Shown here: positions 37,159 through 45,549 of the stretch, one piece after another | How positions within the stretch are numbered: the first letter of the stretch is position 1 | Layout of the letters: each line of letters opens with the position of its first letter | Virus record (IMG/VR): IMGVR_UViG_3300014205_000206 | Span: 20,059-84,058 of that record | From: a virus | Taxonomy: Duplodnaviria; Caudoviricetes | Direction: 5' to 3' (one strand) | Length of the DNA: 64,000 nucleotides | The notes under the pieces: model-generated | Told to the model about the DNA's origin: nothing | The model's database searches: none | The model's input: only the letters and a program-made list of their open reading frames with translations | Made by a program: the position numbers and the translations under genes

Positions 37159-37605
37159 ATGCAGCAGTCCGTGGTGCAGCCGATCAACTCGCAGCGAGGC
37201 ATGGCAGCGCGAGGTAGCCGTGGCCAGTCCGAGTTCTGGACTCGTCGCAATTCTGGCAAGTTCACTGGCTACCACTGCACCGCAGCGAACAAAGCGCTCA
37301 GTCATCGCCACGAGCGCCGTGTGGCTCAGAAGCAGGAGATCCGCTTCTGGGAGGAAGACGAGCGCATCGCCTTCGAGGCGGACATGAAGGAAATGAACGA
37401 CTTCTTCGATGACATGGAAGCGGACGAGTACGATCCGGATTACGACGACTTGTACTTCGCGACGTTCAAGTACGGCGACTTGGACAGCGATTACTTCACG
37501 CGCGAGCAACTGAAGGCGCAGTTGGAAGACGAGTTCAACTACCACAACGAGCCCTACTACTCCGGCTGCCCGATCTGCGGCCCGCTCGGCTGCATCCTCG
37601 ACTGA
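37159..37605 (+). CDS. Protein with basic N-terminus and highly acidic/aromatic C-terminal half
   Basis: AAGGAG RBS; DFFDDMEADEYDPDYDDLYF...; terminal CPIC..C. Confidence 0.7.
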   Translation: MQQSVVQPINSQRGMAARGSRGQSEFWTRRNSGKFTGYHCTAANKALSHRHERRVAQKQEIRFWEEDERIAFEADMKEMNDFFDDMEADEYDPDYDDLYFATFKYGDLDSDYFTREQLKAQLEDEFNYHNEPYYSGCPICGPLGCILD

Positions 37606-37616
37606 AAGGAGTGAAC

Positions 37617-38054
37617 ATGGACGAACTCTACGACGAAGCTGAGTACCCCACGCGCACGGCGATCATTAAGGCGCTGAAGCGCATGGGCGCCTGCACGGAC
37701 TCTATGGAGTACATGAAAGGCATGAACGACTGGCAGGAAGCATGGGACAAGTGCCAGATGGGAAGCTGGATGGACTGGTATCTTCGCGCGAAGCTGCGCG
37801 TCGAGATCGCAAGTGTGAGCGAGCGGGCGGAGGCGGTCAGCAAGGTGTTGGAGATCGTTGACTCCATCGAGAAAGACGCTCCGTGTGGCTGCGGTTGCGG
37901 TTTGAACCTGTACTTCGGGCCGGGAGCGGAGAAGGAACTTGCAGCCTTGTTCCGCGAGCACTACCCGGTTGCTCCCATCAGCCCGGCGGAGCTCGCACTG
38001 AACAAGCGCTTCGACATTTACCACTCCGGCTGCATCGACTACACTTCTACTTAA
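37617..38054 (+). CDS. Hypothetical protein
   Basis: AAGGAG RBS; CGCGCG motif. Confidence 0.65.
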   Translation: MDELYDEAEYPTRTAIIKALKRMGACTDSMEYMKGMNDWQEAWDKCQMGSWMDWYLRAKLRVEIASVSERAEAVSKVLEIVDSIEKDAPCGCGCGLNLYFGPGAEKELAALFREHYPVAPISPAELALNKRFDIYHSGCIDYTST

Positions 38055-38171
38055 GTGACCAAGCACTGACCAAGTTCAACCTTGAGGGTCGAGCTAGACA
38101 ACCTCCTTAACCTTACGTCTAGCTCCTCCTTGAGGGTCGGAACTTACCGGCTCTTTACAGGAGGTGCATTT

Positions 38172-38420
38172 ATGTTCAACAGCGCAAAGCAGCGAGAAGC
38201 GCAGCTTGGGGCGGATCTAGCCCGCATCAACAAGCAGTTGGGCGAGCAGTCGGAGGCGATGGAGGCGTACGCGGACCAGTGCTGGGATCGCTTCGAGCGT
38301 GGAGAGATCACCGCTTACCAGCGCGACTCCTACATCATGGACGCGGAGGTCGAAGCGGACAGCGCGTTCGATCAGGAATTCAACTTCGACGCTGTGATCG
38401 AAAAGGCGGCGAGGCGCTGA
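38172..38420 (+). CDS. Hypothetical acidic protein
   Basis: GGAGG RBS. Confidence 0.7.
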   Translation: MFNSAKQREAQLGADLARINKQLGEQSEAMEAYADQCWDRFERGEITAYQRDSYIMDAEVEADSAFDQEFNFDAVIEKAARR

Positions 38421-38611
38421 TGCTCTACTACAAAAGTGGAAGATCGCGAGGGAGCATCACCACCATTTGGTGCTTACTGCTGGCCGTCATGTTCGCATGG
38501 CGAGGTCAGTGGGCGCTGCACCTTGCAGCCATCGCCGTCGGGACAGCGGACGTTGCCTACTCATCATTTCTGACGCTCGCGGCGAGAATCAACAAGATGG
38601 AGATCAAGTGA
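38420..38611 (+). CDS. Small membrane protein
   Basis: TGATG overlap; two hydrophobic segments. Confidence 0.6.
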   Translation: MLYYKSGRSRGSITTIWCLLLAVMFAWRGQWALHLAAIAVGTADVAYSSFLTLAARINKMEIK

Positions 38612-38799
38612 GCATCGCCTCGGAGATCTACTCACTCTCCATGGCGAAGTACATCGACAAAGTGGTCGATTTCGAGCTTCAGCGATGGAACATCAAGATT
38701 GGAGAAGTTTCGGATCGTATCTTCGAACTATCCATGAAGGCCGAGGACGACTTCAACAAATTCTCGATGCGGCGCGCTGACGAGAAGTTGAGGCGCTGA
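38608..38799 (+). CDS. Hypothetical protein
   Basis: GTGA overlap. Confidence 0.6.
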   Translation: MSIASEIYSLSMAKYIDKVVDFELQRWNIKIGEVSDRIFELSMKAEDDFNKFSMRRADEKLRR

Positions 38800-38800
38800 C

Positions 38801-39037
38801 ATGAGCAATCGCCACCCTTATGCGCTGCGCGACAAGCAGGGTAGGTTCACGGCCTACGCGCTTGCGTGCGGATACGTCGAGTTTGTTGGCGACTTTGTTG
38901 AAATCACTCGCGACCCGCTACTTGGTTTCTACCGCATCGTCCGAAGTGACCTGCATCGCCTCGGAGAAAAGACGGAAGTCCGTCACCTCTTGAACGAAGC
39001 ACGAGCTGTCGCTAACAAGTGGGAGAGAGCAAAATGA
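38801..39037 (+). CDS. Hypothetical protein
   Basis: 78 aa in gene train. Confidence 0.6.
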   Translation: MSNRHPYALRDKQGRFTAYALACGYVEFVGDFVEITRDPLLGFYRIVRSDLHRLGEKTEVRHLLNEARAVANKWERAK

Positions 39038-39327
39038 GACGCCAGCTCCTCATCAAGAATCTCGGCTCGATTACGAGTGAGTCGCAGAGCAACGCGACGA
39101 AAGCGCACATCAAGATCGGCGGGCCGTACTTGAAGACGAAGTACGGCAGTAAGTACAGAGTGACTGCGACGCTCACTTTTCGCCCTTGGCCCGTGAAGTA
39201 TCCAGACAGCGGATGGAGCAGTACGTATACTTTCGATTGCAGGACGCTGAATGGCGCTCGAACAGCAATGGATGAAATCTGCGCTGTACTTCCGATTCAC
39301 TGCGACGTGACTTCGGAAGGTTGGTAA
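39034..39327 (+). CDS. Hypothetical protein
   Basis: ATGA/TAA overlap. Confidence 0.6.
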   Translation: MRRQLLIKNLGSITSESQSNATKAHIKIGGPYLKTKYGSKYRVTATLTFRPWPVKYPDSGWSSTYTFDCRTLNGARTAMDEICAVLPIHCDVTSEGW

Positions 39328-39344
39328 GAAGCATCGACAGGAGG

Positions 39345-39626
39345 ATGAGTATGTACTGCACTCACGGCTACAACATGGACGGCAACGAGAACTTCCGGAT
39401 GTACGGAAGCAAGTGGCCGCGCAGGAAGCAGCCGCAGTTGTCGGCGCGTGCGCTGAAGCGGCTGTACCTCTGGCACTGGGACCACATGCAGTGTGTGATG
39501 GCTCGGCCTCACCACTACATCACCTACTGGGGCGCTTGGTATACGTCGCTCTGCCTTTTGTGCGACGACTACGGCCTTCAGCACCCAGCAACGCCACTCG
39601 AAGTGGCACATGGAGGGAGTAAGTAA
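39345..39626 (+). CDS. Hypothetical Cys/His-rich protein
   Basis: GGAGG RBS. Confidence 0.6.
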   Translation: MSMYCTHGYNMDGNENFRMYGSKWPRRKQPQLSARALKRLYLWHWDHMQCVMARPHHYITYWGAWYTSLCLLCDDYGLQHPATPLEVAHGGSK

Positions 39627-39877
39627 TGAAGAAGCCTGTGTTCACGCGAAAGCGGCCAGTGCTAACCCCTGAAAAGGAGATGAAGAACAAAAAAGACTAC
39701 TACTTCCGCTGGCACACGTACGGCTGTGGCGGAGGATACGAGTCGAACACTTGGAACGAGCATCAGGATTTTCAGGACTTCGAAGACGCGCTGAACGCCA
39801 TGACAGACGGAGGCAAGATGGCCCCGTTTTGTGGCGACTGGATCGAGTCAATCAAGATCAACAACGAGGAGGAGTAA
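39626..39877 (+). CDS. Hypothetical protein
   Basis: TAATG overlap. Confidence 0.6.
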   Translation: MKKPVFTRKRPVLTPEKEMKNKKDYYFRWHTYGCGGGYESNTWNEHQDFQDFEDALNAMTDGGKMAPFCGDWIESIKINNEEE

Positions 39878-40389
39878 TGCCGATCAAGGACTTCTACACG
39901 AAGAAAGACCCGCTGGTTGTCTTCAAGTGGGTCCGCAGTGACGGAGGCGCTCCGTGGGGGGGCGGCAAGTGGAATTTGCCGAAAAATGGCAAGCGCGGAG
40001 CGATCAAGAGTATCGGTAAGGACTATCCGGTCATGTGCGGTTACGGCATCCACGGCTATGCTTGCTTCGAAAGTATGCTCGTTGGACTGCGTTCGGATCG
40101 ACTGTTCGTGGCCGAGCTGTGGGGCAAAGTTGTTTACTGGGAAGACGAGAAGGTCGTGGCGCAGAGCGGCAGGCTGTGCTACGAGCTGGCGCTGACGAAC
40201 GAAGATGGGACGTACGACTCGATGGACAAGATCAAGTCGTCTTACTGGAACGACGGTCGGAGGTTTCGCACGGGTGCAATTCGGATTCATCTGCTCAACG
40301 AGCTGTACGCTCGCTTCGTGAGGATCCAAGAAAATCCGTACGCTCGCTTCGTGAGGATCCAAGAAAATCCGTACTTTCCAGCGAGATGA
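39877..40389 (+). CDS. Hypothetical protein (possible DUF7666-like)
   Basis: CGYGIHG...AELWG...DEKVVA pattern; GAGGAG RBS. Confidence 0.6.
   Translation: MPIKDFYTKKDPLVVFKWVRSDGGAPWGGGKWNLPKNGKRGAIKSIGKDYPVMCGYGIHGYACFESMLVGLRSDRLFVAELWGKVVYWEDEKVVAQSGRLCYELALTNEDGTYDSMDKIKSSYWNDGRRFRTGAIRIHLLNELYARFVRIQENPYARFVRIQENPYFPAR
40305..40374 (+). repeat. Perfect 33-bp tandem duplication (YARFVRIQENP x2)
   Basis: GTACGCTCGCTTCGTGAGGATCCAAGAAAATCC x2. Confidence 0.95.
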
Positions 40390-40607
40390 AGTTCAACCCG
40401 AACGCCTTCATCCCAAGGTTGAGCGTCGCGGATCAAGGACCCAAGCGCACCGTTTGGTTTGGGTTCCTCGAAGTCACTTCGCAGTCCGTTCCGTACGCCG
40501 GGAACTTCTGGCGTTGGTTTTGGACTGGCGAATTGAGCGGACGGGAAACGAAGTACAAACTCATAAGGAGAGTAACATGGATGAAGTATTCAACTGGTTT
40601 ATTCTGA
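40386..40607 (+). CDS. Hypothetical protein
   Basis: ATGA overlap. Confidence 0.55.
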   Translation: MKFNPNAFIPRLSVADQGPKRTVWFGFLEVTSQSVPYAGNFWRWFWTGELSGRETKYKLIRRVTWMKYSTGLF

Positions 40608-40693
40608 TTGGCGGAGCTGCGGTAGTGGCAATGCTTTGGCTTGTAGTCATCATGATTGCCTTGGTGCTCTACGAAGATCACTTCCAGCGATGA
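40577..40693 (+). CDS. Small membrane protein
   Basis: AAGGAG RBS; WFILIGGAAVVAMLWLVVIMIALVL. Confidence 0.65.
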   Translation: MDEVFNWFILIGGAAVVAMLWLVVIMIALVLYEDHFQR

Positions 40694-41316
40694 GCGAAAA
40701 TAACGGACTGGAATTGCAAGCAAGACCGAGCGGAGAAACGCACTGTCCTCGACCGCAAGTGGGTGACCTGACAGCGGCGGCGATGGCTTATGGATCGTAT
40801 CGAGGAATCAGCTTCGATATCCGTTGCTCGTCATTTGCAGCCATCAACGATTTGAGCAGTGACAAAGAACGCTGGACGTTCTACCTCTACCTTCGTCAGC
40901 AGCAGTTCAACGCAGGCGTGTGGGACGACTTCTGGCTGACGCCTGAGCCGAGCCGCTATGGATCGCTTCGGTACTCCTATCCGTACATGGAGTCTGAGAT
41001 GATCGGTCGGATCGACTTCCACGGCGGCTGCACGTACTACGAGAAAGTTGCCGGTGTCGATGACGAGTGGGGAGTCATCAAGGTCGGCTGCGACTACTCG
41101 CACTACATGGACGAAGATCAGAAGTACCAGATCCAAGACATCCTGCACGACGTCTTCATCGCTATCGACTCACTGTACGAGGCGGTGCCGGACATCAAGG
41201 TTTTTTGCTGCGGAAACGGCGGCTGGTACTTGGCTCGGGAAGGATCGTTCAACGAAAGCGGGCGGTCGTTCTACTCGTTCCAGTATCAAGCGACGATGGA
41301 GGATCGCAAGCGATGA
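40690..41316 (+). CDS. Hypothetical protein
   Basis: 208 aa; DFHGGCTYY...VGCDYSH. Confidence 0.7.
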   Translation: MSENNGLELQARPSGETHCPRPQVGDLTAAAMAYGSYRGISFDIRCSSFAAINDLSSDKERWTFYLYLRQQQFNAGVWDDFWLTPEPSRYGSLRYSYPYMESEMIGRIDFHGGCTYYEKVAGVDDEWGVIKVGCDYSHYMDEDQKYQIQDILHDVFIAIDSLYEAVPDIKVFCCGNGGWYLAREGSFNESGRSFYSFQYQATMEDRKR

Positions 41317-41633
41317 CCCGCGAGAACAAGGTGTTCTTTTCGTCCTTGGTTGCTGGAGCGGTTGCTTTTAGTGCGATGTTCGCTGTTGTTGCGTGCGGAA
41401 CCCACAAGCCCGAGCAGTCGAAGCCAGCAGCGTCGGGCGGCGACGAGTTGATGGAGTACGATGGCCTTCCATCCACCTCTGTGCACTTGTGGAAAGATCC
41501 CGACACCGGCTGCGAGTACCTGTACGCCTCGGGCGGCTACGTCCTGCATCCTCGCATCGCGAGCGATGGCATGACTCACCGAGGATGCCTCAATCCTCAT
41601 TCACCGGCTCAGTACGTTTCGGAGGGCAAATGA
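41313..41633 (+). CDS. Putative lipoprotein (DUF6440-like)
   Basis: Signal peptide ending VVAC; WKDPDTGCEYLY. Confidence 0.65.
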   Translation: MTRENKVFFSSLVAGAVAFSAMFAVVACGTHKPEQSKPAASGGDELMEYDGLPSTSVHLWKDPDTGCEYLYASGGYVLHPRIASDGMTHRGCLNPHSPAQYVSEGK

Positions 41634-41701
41634 AAAAGATCGAGCAGTTCAGTGACTTGATCGGGGAAACGATCAAGTCGATCATTCTTTCTATTAAATA
41701 G
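41630..41701 (+). pseudogene. Possible truncated gene remnant (23 codons)
   Basis: GGAGGG RBS and ATGA overlap, but the ORF stops after MKKIEQFSDLIGETIKSIILSIK. Confidence 0.3.
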
Positions 41702-41784
41702 CCCGAAACGAGCCCAGCGAGGCTCGTCGCTGCGTCAAGCGCAGCCTGACGATGGGCGTCAGTAACAGAAAGGAGTGTGAAGCT

Positions 41785-42018
41785 GTGACCAAAGAAAGCG
41801 CACGGTACGTGGTCGTAGTCAATCCGACCGGCTTGGGCAAGGAAGAACTGCTCATGTTTCAGAACTACCGCTTCGCTCGTCGCACCGCAAGGCAGCGGTG
41901 CAGCGACGGACAGGAATTCAACTCCGTCCATGTCTTCAAGGTGATAGACGGCTCGATGTTCAGGGAGTTCGTTTCCGGGTACACGAAGGAAAGCGGCAAA
42001 GTACGGGTGACTTGGTGA
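41785..42018 (+). CDS. Hypothetical protein
   Basis: GTG start after AAGGAG. Confidence 0.6.
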   Translation: MTKESARYVVVVNPTGLGKEELLMFQNYRFARRTARQRCSDGQEFNSVHVFKVIDGSMFREFVSGYTKESGKVRVTW

Positions 42019-42209
42019 CCCGCGACGACGCCGAGTACCTCGAAAGCATGTTCAACGATCTTGGCCGAACCGATTCGAAGTACGGCCACCCGGACAATCA
42101 GAAGCGTATTCGGGAGTTCTATCCCGGCAGCAACTACGCCTCGACAGCTCGACTTGTCGATGAGGCGATGGCGAACCCCGAAAAATTCGGAGTACAGGAG
42201 GAGGGATGA
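42015..42209 (+). CDS. Hypothetical protein
   Basis: GTGA overlap. Confidence 0.6.
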   Translation: MTRDDAEYLESMFNDLGRTDSKYGHPDNQKRIREFYPGSNYASTARLVDEAMANPEKFGVQEEG

Positions 42210-42370
42210 GAGTAATCGAAATTCGGCTTTGCGTCACGGTTGAAGGCGAGAATGCAAGCGAGCTTTTCGAAAATCTAGCCGAAACCGCAAGGAACATCGA
42301 AGACACGGTGATTCAGTACGGATCGCTCAAGGAGTTCACGATCAAGGAAATCGAACAGGAGGAGGGATGA
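42206..42370 (+). CDS. Hypothetical 54-aa protein (not in ORF track)
   Basis: GGAGGAGG RBS; flanked by 16-bp direct repeats. Confidence 0.65.
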   Translation: MRVIEIRLCVTVEGENASELFENLAETARNIEDTVIQYGSLKEFTIKEIEQEEG

Positions 42371-42588
42371 CCAAAGAAGAAATGAAGCAAGAAGACCTAT
42401 TTCGGTTCGTAATGAACGGACCGCAAGACTTCCAAATTGAGTTCTGGCGCCATTTCGGGAAGAGCGCCGAGGGGAAAGAGTACAAAGACTTCGCGGATTT
42501 CGTCGGCGCGGATCTGGACTTGGCCTTGTCGTACGTCAAGGGAGCCATGGCCATGTCGAGGATTGCGAGGAAAGGACTGGCAGGATGA
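42367..42588 (+). CDS. Hypothetical protein
   Basis: GGAGGAGG RBS. Confidence 0.65.
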   Translation: MTKEEMKQEDLFRFVMNGPQDFQIEFWRHFGKSAEGKEYKDFADFVGADLDLALSYVKGAMAMSRIARKGLAG

Positions 42589-42761
42589 GCAAAAAATGGT
42601 ACATCAGAGTACTGTTCGCCTGCATTGCGTTCCAGCTTGCCGTCATGGCGTTTCTGCCGGAGTGCAACGAAGCGGCGATGGTTAACCTTGCTGTATTCCT
42701 CGTCGCGGCGGGTTGCTGTGCGCTCAACTGGATTCACGAAAACAGGAAGAGCGCAAAGTGA
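42585..42761 (+). CDS. Small two-TM membrane protein (58 aa; not in ORF track)
   Basis: MSKKWYIRVLFACIAFQLAVMAFL...LAVFLVAAGCCALNW; overlaps both neighbours. Confidence 0.6.
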   Translation: MSKKWYIRVLFACIAFQLAVMAFLPECNEAAMVNLAVFLVAAGCCALNWIHENRKSAK

Positions 42762-44155
42762 GCCGCATCAGCATCCCACACACGCTTGCATCCATCCTGT
42801 CCGTTCCGAAGCTTCGGAATAGCTACCTCGTCGGCGGCTGCGTCCGCGACGCAGTGATGGGGCTCACTCCGAAGGACTTCGACGTTGAAGTCTTCGGCTT
42901 GGAGTACGACGAGCTGGCAGCGATCCTCGACAACTTTGGTCGAGTGGACATTGTCGGCAAGAGCTTCGGAGTCCTGAAGCTGACCAAGAACGGCGAGACG
43001 TACGACTTCAACCTACCGCGCATCGACTCGAAAGTTGGCGACACGCATCGCGACTTCAAAGTGCGCGTCGATCACGGGCTGACGCTTCGGCAGGCGGCTT
43101 CGAGGCGTGACTTCACTATCAACGCGCTGGCGTATGATCCGAGGACCGAGGAAGTCATCGACAACTTCGGCGGACTCCACGACATCGAGCACAAGAATCT
43201 TCGCCACATTGGTGAGTCGTTCGCGGACGATCCGCTTCGCGTCATGCGAGGGATGCAGTTCTGCGGGCGCTTCGGACTGAACGTTACCTTCGATACGATG
43301 CTTTTGTGTCGCAAGATCAAAGGGACGTTCGACGCGATCTCAGGAGAGCGCCTGTGGATGGAGTGGTACAAATGGGCAGCAATGTCCACGAAGCCGTCAG
43401 ACGGGCTGTGGTTTCTGGAAGCAGTCGAGTGGATCGAGCATTTCCCGATCTTGAAAAACATGGTCGGGTGTGAGCAAGATCCGGAGTGGCACCCAGAAGG
43501 TGATGTGATGACGCACACTCATCATTGCTGTGACTCGCTTGTTGAGTCGGGCGAATGGTTCGTCCGCGACAAGGACGAACGAGCTGTGCTGATGATGGCT
43601 GTGCTTCTTCACGACTGCGGCAAGCATCTGGTTACGGAGTGGGTGATGCGAGACGGAGTCAATCGGATCGTTTCTCCTAATCACGACATGATAGGAGGAT
43701 CGCTGGCTGGCAACTTCCTTAGCAAGATGAAAGCGCCGGAAGAGCTACGAAAGCAAGTGAAGGCGCTGGTTTCCTGCCACATGGCGCACTTGAACCAGCC
43801 GTCGAAGCGTACGGTAAGGCGGCTGGCCGAGCGGCTGCATCCGGCGACCATCGAGCAGCTCATGGTGGTGATCCAGGCGGACCACGCGGGTCGGCCTCCG
43901 CTGCCGAAGGATATGCCAGCGAACGCGCTGGAAATCAAGCGGCTTGCGAAGGAACTGAACGTCGAAGCGTCGGCACCGAAGCCGCTAGTGCTTGGTCGGC
44001 ATCTGATCGAGCTGGGCTTGCGGCCGGGTCCGGATTTCAAGCGGTATCTGACGGCGCTTTTCGAGATGCAGCTCGACGGTGATTTCGACAACCTCGAAGA
44101 TGGTAAGTTGCTGTTGAAAATCGCGGTGGAAGAGGAGGGGTTGAATGAGCAATAA
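42758..44155 (+). CDS. cca: Class II tRNA nucleotidyltransferase (CCA-adding) with HD domain
   Basis: YLVGGCVRD..KDFDV, RRDFTINALA, DDPLR, HPEGDVMTH, LLHDCGK; GTG start 42758. Confidence 0.9.
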   Translation: MSRISIPHTLASILSVPKLRNSYLVGGCVRDAVMGLTPKDFDVEVFGLEYDELAAILDNFGRVDIVGKSFGVLKLTKNGETYDFNLPRIDSKVGDTHRDFKVRVDHGLTLRQAASRRDFTINALAYDPRTEEVIDNFGGLHDIEHKNLRHIGESFADDPLRVMRGMQFCGRFGLNVTFDTMLLCRKIKGTFDAISGERLWMEWYKWAAMSTKPSDGLWFLEAVEWIEHFPILKNMVGCEQDPEWHPEGDVMTHTHHCCDSLVESGEWFVRDKDERAVLMMAVLLHDCGKHLVTEWVMRDGVNRIVSPNHDMIGGSLAGNFLSKMKAPEELRKQVKALVSCHMAHLNQPSKRTVRRLAERLHPATIEQLMVVIQADHAGRPPLPKDMPANALEIKRLAKELNVEASAPKPLVLGRHLIELGLRPGPDFKRYLTALFEMQLDGDFDNLEDGKLLLKIAVEEEGLNEQ

Positions 44156-44372
44156 GATGAGCGACGGAGACAGGTCTTTCCTGAAGCTGGTTGAAAGGTC
44201 GTGCATCAAACAGAACAGAGAAGAAGGCTGGGCGAGGGTTTCCGTGCAGCTTCGCCGCATGGTGCAAAGCGGGATTGGATCGAACCCCGACCTTTACGAC
44301 AGCAAAGTAGAAGACGGTACGCTTTTCGTCCGCCTCTCCGAAAAAGGTAAGATAGTCGCGGAGTACGTATAA
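44145..44372 (+). CDS. Hypothetical protein
   Basis: 75 aa, GGAGG RBS. Confidence 0.6.
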   Translation: MSNKMSDGDRSFLKLVERSCIKQNREEGWARVSVQLRRMVQSGIGSNPDLYDSKVEDGTLFVRLSEKGKIVAEYV

Positions 44373-44704
44373 TGCCAAAGGATGACAAGTTCGTAGACAT
44401 CCTGACCGACAAGGGCTCGGACACCGACGTTTGGGTGAGGTGGCTTTGGGAAGGCGACAAAGCCTATATCATCACGCGCCGAGACGAGCACTACGTTTGC
44501 CCGTACTGCTGCGGCGAAGGCCACTACACGGTCTTCGACTCCGGGTACGGAAACATGATCGTCCAGCCGGAGCACGAAGAAACGTGCGTTGCGTGCGACG
44601 GGACGAAGGAAGTTGAGGCATTGTACGGAGTCGAGCAGGACGGCACAGAGACATTGCTGTGGCCGACAAGCGAGCAGGACGCATTGGACAGACCTTCTTA
44701 CTAG
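44372..44704 (+). CDS. Zinc-finger protein (CxxCxG x2)
   Basis: CPYCCGEG...CVACDG. Confidence 0.65.
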   Translation: MPKDDKFVDILTDKGSDTDVWVRWLWEGDKAYIITRRDEHYVCPYCCGEGHYTVFDSGYGNMIVQPEHEETCVACDGTKEVEALYGVEQDGTETLLWPTSEQDALDRPSY

Positions 44705-44719
44705 TAAGGGAGATCAAGG

Positions 44720-44887
44720 ATGGCTGGAAAAGCGAAAGTGTACTACGCAGTGGCATGCACAAGGCATGGCAAGGAAGTCGGCGGCACCCCCGAGAAGATC
44801 GTGATCGTCGGTCGGCCCGGGAGCAAGCGCGAGCGGATGGCTGGTTGCCCGATGTGTCGCTCGGAAAACAAGAAGGAAGAGTCGTAG
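44720..44887 (+). CDS. Hypothetical 55-aa protein (not in ORF track)
   Basis: MAGKAKVYYAVACTRHG...GCPMCR; AGGGAG RBS. Confidence 0.6.
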   Translation: MAGKAKVYYAVACTRHGKEVGGTPEKIVIVGRPGSKRERMAGCPMCRSENKKEES

Positions 44888-44895
44888 GGTTTCAA

Positions 44896-45019
44896 GTCGA
44901 GCGGAATAGTTCCGCCTCGACTGGAGCGCTTCGATTGAGAAGTTGGATTGAGCCTGCGGCTTGTTACCGCCCCAACTTGATTCGTCCTTCGAAGCGTTCC
45001 AGTCGGTGCGGAGCGCACC
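44896..45019 (+). promoter_or_regulatory. Structured intergenic RNA element
   Basis: 17-bp stem 44918-44934/44989-45005 with nested helices, a competing upstream hairpin and a downstream hairpin before the RBS. Confidence 0.5.
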
Positions 45020-45031
45020 AGAAAGGGGAAC

Positions 45032-45199
45032 ATGACCAAGTCAGGCAAAAGACTTATAGTATTGCTGTCCGTTCTCGCGTTTCAAGTGTCACTCCCAATG
45101 TGGCTGGAGAAGTCTCCAGAAATAGTGGAGATATCTGCGTCATGTACGGCCATTGTGCTTCTTATCGCTTTGGCCCAGTTTATCCTCGGGGAGGACTGA
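45032..45199 (+). CDS. Small two-TM membrane protein (55 aa; not in ORF track)
   Basis: AAGGGG RBS; LIVLLSVLAFQVSL...AIVLLIALAQFIL. Confidence 0.6.
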   Translation: MTKSGKRLIVLLSVLAFQVSLPMWLEKSPEIVEISASCTAIVLLIALAQFILGED

Positions 45200-45549
45200 T
45201 GTCCGAGCTGACCGAAGAGCAGAAAAAGATAGCAGACAGAGCCATCGAAAAAATCCTCTTCGAGGAAACGATCTTGAAAGCGGCGCGTAGCTTTCAGTTC
45301 GGCAACTTCAAGGCGGATTTCTGTGGGTGGGACGGAGTGAGAGATCGGTTCAGGGTCATTCACATCTTCCATACCTCGGAGCGCTTCCTGCTGGACGGAA
45401 CGACGGAGTACGAGATGCTGCCGTCGAACAGGACGCCGGAGTTTATCGCGAAGACGGCTTTCGAACGCGACACAGCCATCCGGCTGGCGATGCGGCTCGA
45501 CAAGGAAGAAAAGGAGCAACTGGATGAGCGAGCAAGACGAGAAGGCTAG
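45199..45549 (+). CDS. Hypothetical protein
   Basis: True start ATG 45199 (GGAGG RBS). Confidence 0.65.
   Translation: MSELTEEQKKIADRAIEKILFEETILKAARSFQFGNFKADFCGWDGVRDRFRVIHIFHTSERFLLDGTTEYEMLPSNRTPEFIAKTAFERDTAIRLAMRLDKEEKEQLDERARREG

Noticed and set aside
45005-45020. Hairpin ending in CACCA as a tRNA-like CCA substrate
   Set aside because: CC is paired and there is no cloverleaf or T-loop; no tRNA recognised anywhere in the window.
17012-45549. Extended 5' starts in the ORF track (18418, 19569, 20429, 28164, 42713, 44659)
   Set aside because: They overlap bona fide upstream genes; downstream starts have RBSs or start/stop overlaps.
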